A stretch of DNA of 54,118 nt from Nemertoderma westbladi. Its lineage: Eukaryota; Animalia; Xenacoelomorpha. The position numbers were made by a program, and so were the translations under genes. Below, one piece after another: positions 48,391-54,118 of the stretch. The number at the start of each line of letters is the position of its first letter. The stretch's first letter is position 1. The notes under the pieces are model-generated. The model made no database searches, was not told where the DNA came from, and saw only the letters and a program-made list of their open reading frames with translations. Location: assembly GCA_032718475.1 (NCBI GenBank), contig JAUCBJ010008477.1, positions 1 through 54,118 on the forward strand. Direction: 5' to 3'.

Positions 48391-51052
48391 TAGGGTGGTT
48401 CAAAAAAAAACCAACTTAAGATATTGATGTTACTACATATGAGAATTTGTTCCAAATTGTGTAAAAACTCGATAAATATGAATAGGGATGTCCCGGAATT
48501 CCGTTCTGGCCGGAATTCCGGCGGTTTTTGACCGATTCCGGCCGGAATTGCCGGAATGGGGTCAATTCCGGCCGGAATTTTACCTGAATTGCCAGGTTCC
48601 TAACTAGTTTGATAGTTGCACATTTTGTACGTTGACACGCAGTGCTTTGCAGTTGCACGTTGATATGTAACATATTTCCAAAAGTATTTCACCTGGTAAT
48701 CAAACTAAAAATATGGTCCCACCATGTTACACCACCTACTGTAGTGTTCATATACAATTCACAATAACCATCGTAATTTACATTAACTAATGAAATACAT
48801 TAATAGGCCCGTGTACCACTCGTCAGAATGTCAAAATGAATGCCTCCTTGCTCCATTGGTAACACAAGTCATAAATCATTTGATAAAAAAATATAAGATG
48901 CGTCTCACATTTACTGCATATTTATACCCAAGGTAACCAATCACAGGCCTCTTGCCGTATATAACACATGAGTCATGTGGTAAAAGATGGAACATGGAAC
49001 ATAATCACTTTCAACTCATCGGTCGTAACTTACGATTTACCAGTGGAGACGCTCCCATTGAAACCAATGTGTTCCATAATTTATTCTGACTAAGACTACA
49101 TAAGACTTACCAGTGGAGCACGGGGCTTAAATAGTGGTTTTTCCAATTTGCTTATTACAATTTGCTTATAAAATGGCGTTTTTAGATTGATCTTACACTA
49201 TTTTACATTGATTTTATATTATTTTACTTTGAATTAATTATTAAATAATATGATAATATTATGATTGGTATTATCTCGTCCAACGTAACATATAGGATGA
49301 CCCCTAAAGATTTGCAGCTTATTTCCATGGGGCTCCTTTATGTTACTTGGTTACAAATACAATATTACACAATTACAATTACTACTATAACTTAAAACTA
49401 ATATAAAACGTTATTACAATATGTACAGGTCCTGCGAGTTGTCGTTAGTTCAGTCCTGCGTCGTAGGTGCTGCATAATATAGTAGGGCCTAGTTTATTTT
49501 CTATTTACAGCATAGCTATTATTTCTTACCATAAATCTATTTATTCTCAGCAGTAATTAAACTGTAACATGTACTATTGCCCTCGTTTATTGTTTTGGTT
49601 CGAATAACATGTCTCTGTAACATGCTCCTTTCCCTTAAAGATACCAGGATATTGCACCAAAGGACCTAATGACGCGAAACCATAGGTTTTTGGTTAACGT
49701 AGGTTTTTAGGAGTCTAAAGGCTAAAAACCTAACTTTTGGCCAAAGTTATAGATTTTAGAAAAAAATTATATTGAATTCCCTGTCGTTCAATGCCGAAGT
49801 ACCATCCCGTCCCCATAAGGGCCCAGGCCATACTCCACTCCACCCACTTTAATTCCCCCCAAGGTTCTGATTCCTCTCATTATCAAACTTTAGCTGTAGA
49901 AAAAAAAAAAATCATTGGTTTCACAAAAAATTGTAAAGTTTCATGGGTCATTTAGTGTATTTCACTAATTATAGAAAATTCCGGTTCCGGACGGAATATT
50001 CCGGCATGTTGAATTCCGGTTCCGGTTCCGGCCGGAATCAATATATCGATTCCGGGACATCCCTAAATATGAATAATAGTGATCAAAAATGTGCAGAACT
50101 ACTCCCATGGTGACCTTCATACGATGAGAAAAAAGCTCCGCAGGCTGTTTTTGTTCGAATTTGAATGTTGCAGTGGGACTAGTTCCAAATATTATGAGAT
50201 GAAAAAATAGATTTATTTGGAACATATGCTATATTGGCTACAAATTGACTGTTGTAGGAACTTTTCAATTATACTTGCATATCATTAAAGTGGGATGAAT
50301 GCCCTCGCATATAATTCAATAAACACCATATTTTTGGAAAAGTTAATTTGATTCCAGAGACTGAGAGGTGGTCATCATCAGACCATTGAGCAGTTGAGTG
50401 TTTGTATGCAGATTCGTTTGTAGAGCCCACTTCTAATTAGTACCGGTACTTACACTGACTGACTGAGAGACTGCTGGCATTTGGGCAGTGCTAAGTTTCA
50501 GAGTATAGTAATTTCCTTTTGTCATTGTAGCCCTATGGTGACATACCAGCAGTATGTGACCACCTACCCTGACCTAGCCAGAAGTATATAGTAGTATGTA
50601 GTAGTATACAATACATACATTGAATAGGACTAATGAATGTATCTTGCTGAAATATTATTATTATCTGATAATGGACCCTCCTGATGTAGATGTGCTGATA
50701 CCTTCAACCTCTAAACGAACCCGGAGTGAAGTTAACATCCATTTTTACTCGGGTGTGGAATTGAGTTCCTTCCTGAAAATAAGTTACCTACTAATCGGGA
50801 TGTTTTGCGCCGCCTCAACTTCATAATGAAAACCCGCCGGCATAATGAAACCCTTTATATTTCTTCTGAATCACTGACATCTGAGATTGCTGAGCTTTGG
50901 GGGCGAGGTGGTATTCCAACAATTGCAACTCAATCAATAACATTAAAAATCGTTCGGCTCCATACCATAAGGAATACGACAACAAGGCTGCAAAGTTTAA
51001 TAGGAATTCGAAGGGGGCGAAAGGAGTGATGGTGTAAAAGGCTTTGTAAAAG
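48391..51052 (+). mobile_element. Left part of a hAT-superfamily (probably hATm) transposon with decayed transposase N-terminus (~50671-51050)
   Basis: Starts TAGGGTGG after the 8-mer ACGAACAT, whose second copy survives as CGAACAT at 51067; ORF remnant LPTNRDVLRR..ELWGRGGIPTI..ITLKIVRLH resembles hATm-type N-termini (from recall, not searched). Confidence 0.6.
48483..50065. mobile_element. Non-autonomous hAT element (1583 bp), 17-bp TIR, 8-bp TSD AATATGAA
   Basis: TAGGGATGTCCCGGAAT...ATTCCGGGACATCCCTA; TSD at 48475-48482 and 50066-50073; subterminal TTCCGG repeats. Confidence 0.95.
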
Positions 51053-51066
51053 GCAACGATGTTCGT

Positions 51067-51509
51067 CGAACATCGTTGCGAATCCACGTTTCGACATCGC
51101 CACGGAAGATATCGAACCCGCCAATTACATCCTGGCGGTTTAGCGATTGAACCTGTCGCTCTTCGATCGCGATCGGTGGCTCCGCTCGTAACTTCCCTGG
51201 TGGCGGAGGAACACAGGATGCTGGAACCCCAGGAAAGAAGAATGGCGGGATAGTCGGCCGCAACGCTCCTCCGGGAACCTTCCGATGAGGGATATCCTGC
51301 GGGAATCCTGGCCAATGTCGTATACAAATAACAGCATCGGCGATATACTTTATCAGTTTATGGGCGATTCATCAGGAGCAGACCGCTTTCGCTTTGGAAG
51401 AGCAGCAATCCATTACTGACGTTCCACGCCAAATGGGAGCTTGACAGTTCGTACAGTTCTTCCCTCGTAGTTTGCCATCGCATCCATACAGACAACAGTG
51501 TTTCCCCAT
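51067..51509 (-). pseudogene. N-terminal THAP zinc finger of the P-like transposase
   Basis: ATG 51509: MGKHCCLYGC..LPFGVERQ*WIAALP..(frameshift)..AVICIRHWP..RPTIPPFFFPGVPASC, a C2CH THAP signature. Confidence 0.8.
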
Positions 51510-51778
51510 TCCAGTTTATAACCCGAATAATCTGATATTACTGTGATGTGTGTTAAAACTACCGTAGCTACCGGTACTAAGCTGCAGCCTGTCAGCCTGT
51601 AGATATGTTAAACCTTTTTAAACATTACTAAATAATATATTAAATACATAAATATAAATCCACTGATTTAAAAAAGTACATAAGTACAGAAGTAATTGGG
51701 TTGATTACACAGTCAGACAGTTGTACAGCTGACAGCCAGACAGCAGTACTGGAATTCTGCAACTAATGGACCCCGCTT

Positions 51779-52000
51779 TAGGGTTCGACCGGAGCTCCGG
51801 CTCCGGCCGGATTTGGCATGTCCGGCTCCGGTCAAATTAGGTGCAGGAGCTCCGGCAAAAAGCATTTGTGCTGCACGATGCATAGGCCTAGCTACATGCA
51901 GGGATGTTAAAAGAACAATTTTTTAAAAACTGAATTGTTCTTTGATATAAAAGAACATAAAAGAACATTAAAAGATCATAAAAGAACATCTATATTGTAT
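51779..52000 (+). mobile_element. Two further hAT-like left ends (TAGGGTTCGACCGG with CTCCGG subterminal repeats at 51779; CAGGGATG with AAAGAACA repeats at 51899)
   Basis: Typical (T/C)AGGG termini and subterminal motifs; partner ends not in the window. Confidence 0.45.
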
Positions 52001-52081
52001 TTAGTATCAAGTGTTAGCTAAATATAATTGATTCTTATAATGCGGTGTATTACTGTACATAAACAGGTTATGAGTTAAACA

Positions 52082-52561
52082 AGCCCACGTACAGTATGGA
52101 TGGGGCATTCCTCACTCCCATTCAACCCTTGTCTAATGGAACAAAATAAGCCCACATAGAGTATGGGGCGTTCCTCACTCACATCCAACCCTTGTCTAAT
52201 GGAACAAAATAAGCCCACGTAGAGTATGGGGCGTTCCTCACTCCCATCCAACCTGCCAACCCTTGTCTAATGGAACAAAATAAGCCCATGTAGAGTATGG
52301 CAGTATGGGGCGTTCCTCACTCACATCCAAGATCCAACCCTTATCTATGGAACAAAATTAGCCTACATAGAGTATGGGGCATTCCTCACTCATATCCAAC
52401 CTTTGTCTAACAGTCTAATGGAACAAAATAAGCCCACGTAGAGTATGGGGCGTTCCTCACCCCCATCCAACCCTTGTCTAATGGAACAAAATAAGCCCAC
52501 GTAGAGTATGGGGCGTTCCTCACTCCCATCCAACACTTGTCTAATGGAACAAAATAAGCCC
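52082..52561. repeat. 63-bp tandem repeat (~7 units)
   Basis: AAGCCCAC anchor at 52148, 52211, 52430 and 52493. Confidence 0.95.
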
Positions 52562-52750
52562 GCGCATTCTGCAATTATTAGAGGCCTGCCTGGAAGAAGC
52601 TGGACCTGCAAACAAACTGAACCAACATATAAAATACTACCTGGTATTTTATTATCATAATTAATATCATATTTAATACTGCATTTTATTGATATATTAT
52701 ACCGGCATATACTAGCCTACTGGATTCGGATTTGGATTTTCTAACAACTA

Positions 52751-53765
52751 ATGGCACCTCCAACAGGCGATCAACGAAGACAATCTGGTGGCAATCCGAT
52801 GAAGATGGTGGCTGCAAACCGACGCCAATCAAATACGAAGAACTGGTCAAAAACAAGTGTCGAATGTTCATTCTGCAAGTCAACATGGACTGAGATAGAA
52901 GTTCTTACAGAGTCACTAACTCACTCTATTGGGAAAGTAAAGTTTGCATTGTGGCTTCTGTTCCGCAGTAAAAATCGCTAAACTCGAAGAGGAGAACCTC
53001 GAGCTTCAGCAAACAAGTGATACAACCAAACGTGATGTACACAACGTAGCGTCCCAAAGAGAGGAGGACTTATCCTCACTACGTAGCGAAATTGAGGTAC
53101 GGCTAGACGAAATGGAAACAATTCAGTCTGATGTTTTCACAAAACTGGAAACTCTGGACATAGCGAACCCATTGGATACACTGGATGATAATGAACCAAC
53201 CAATGACAAAAACTCGTCTACTTGGATTGAAGTTGTTCGCAAAAATTCAAAGGCCGTAAAAGAACTGCAAAAGACGACACAACAACCAACTCAGCCACTA
53301 ACAAAAGGAGATCCCAGCACTTACATTACAATAGAAAGGGCAATTCATGAGAACGACTTACGGAAACGCAATGTTGTCATCAGGCGACTTCCTGGGGACA
53401 ATGCTGCTAACTCACAAAGACAACAACGTGAAATAGACGAGAAATCCATTCGAGATTCGATTGGTGAAATCACACAATGTCTTAACTTACGCCGCCTTGG
53501 TAAACACAGAGAGGATGGTTCAGCGCGACCCCTGCTACTGTCCTTCGGGTCTATTGAAAACGCGACCACCATACTTGCGATGAAATCATTTGTAAAAAAT
53601 GGAGAGCGCTATTATATAGACCGCGATCTGTCCAAATACGAACGTGAGGAGGAATTTAAGGCCAGACAAAGACGCCGTCAAAGGCAACAACGTGATTCGT
53701 TAATCCGAGGTTCTGTAAACCATACCACTTCAAACCCAACAGAGAGCACAGAACAAGTTGACTGA
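52751..53765 (+). CDS. LINE (CR1/L2-like) ORF1: PHD-like Cys motifs, coiled coil, RRM-type domain; one frameshift at ~52943
   Basis: CSFC...HCGFC; RKRNVVIRRLP, RRLGK..RPLLLSF, YIDRDLSKYER, typical of ORF1p. Confidence 0.8.
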
Positions 53766-53789
53766 CTATTCCGCAACACACCAATTGGG

Positions 53790-54118
53790 ACGCCGTCTGG
53801 GACTCCGCCCGTGGCTACCCCATCGTCCGAGACTCCGACTGTGGCTACCCCGCCATCCGGGACTCTGCCTGTGGCGACCCCGCCATCCGGGACTCCGCCC
53901 GTGGCTACCCCGTCGTCCGAGACTCCGACTGTGGCTACCCCGCCATCTGGGACTCTGCCTGTGGCTACCCTGCCAACCGGGACCCCGCCATCCGGGACTC
54001 CACCCGTGGCTACCCTGCCATCCGGGACCCCGCCAACCGGGACTCCGCCCGTGGCTACCCCATCGTCCGAGACTCCGACCGTGGCTACCCCACCATCCGG
54101 GAATCCACCCGTGGTTAC
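53790..54118 (+). repeat. 30-bp minisatellite, in frame with ORF1 beyond its stop (GTPPVATPPS)
   Basis: CCGTGGCTACCCCGCCATCCGGGACTCCGC units running to the window end. Confidence 0.93.

Larger units (their letters stand above)
46671..51777 (-). mobile_element. Decayed THAP-domain P-element-like DNA transposon with nested insertions
   Basis: Inverted repeat AGCGGGGTCCATTAGTT (46683-46699) / AACTAATGGACCCCGCT (51761-51777) brackets the split transposase. Confidence 0.75.

Overview
Gene-free window from an invertebrate animal (host inferred, not identifiable), made almost entirely of nested transposable elements and tandem repeats. From left to right: (1) an apparently intact BEL/Pao LTR retrotransposon on the minus strand, with a gag-pol ORF of >2400 codons from ATG 7206 running off the left edge (missed by the ORF track), a ~2.5 kb leader, an atypical PBS and a putative 5' LTR containing a tRNA-like Pol III cassette; (2) a 36/38-bp minisatellite; (3) a decayed BEL gag-pol interrupted by a solo LTR with a 5-bp TSD; (4) a ~147-bp satellite with CTCF-like motifs flanking a probable head-to-tail Helitron junction with (GACA)n; (5) a gag-only LTR element containing a CRE-clade non-LTR retrotransposon with TSD and poly(A); (6) an internally deleted BEL carrying a piggyBac MITE; (7) a truncated BEL gag; (8) a THAP/P-like transposon split by a hATm-like element, which carries a hAT MITE and ends in a hairpin-type (P-nucleotide) scar; (9) a 63-bp tandem repeat; (10) a LINE ORF1 ending in a UGA-CUA readthrough context. 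The most intriguing signals are a 20-nt palindromic motif repeated six times inside the intact gag-pol in all three codon phases, the split PBS plus tRNA-like LTR cassette, the hAT hairpin scar, and the strong minus-strand co-orientation of the elements. All calls come from manual reading and translation; no database searches were run.
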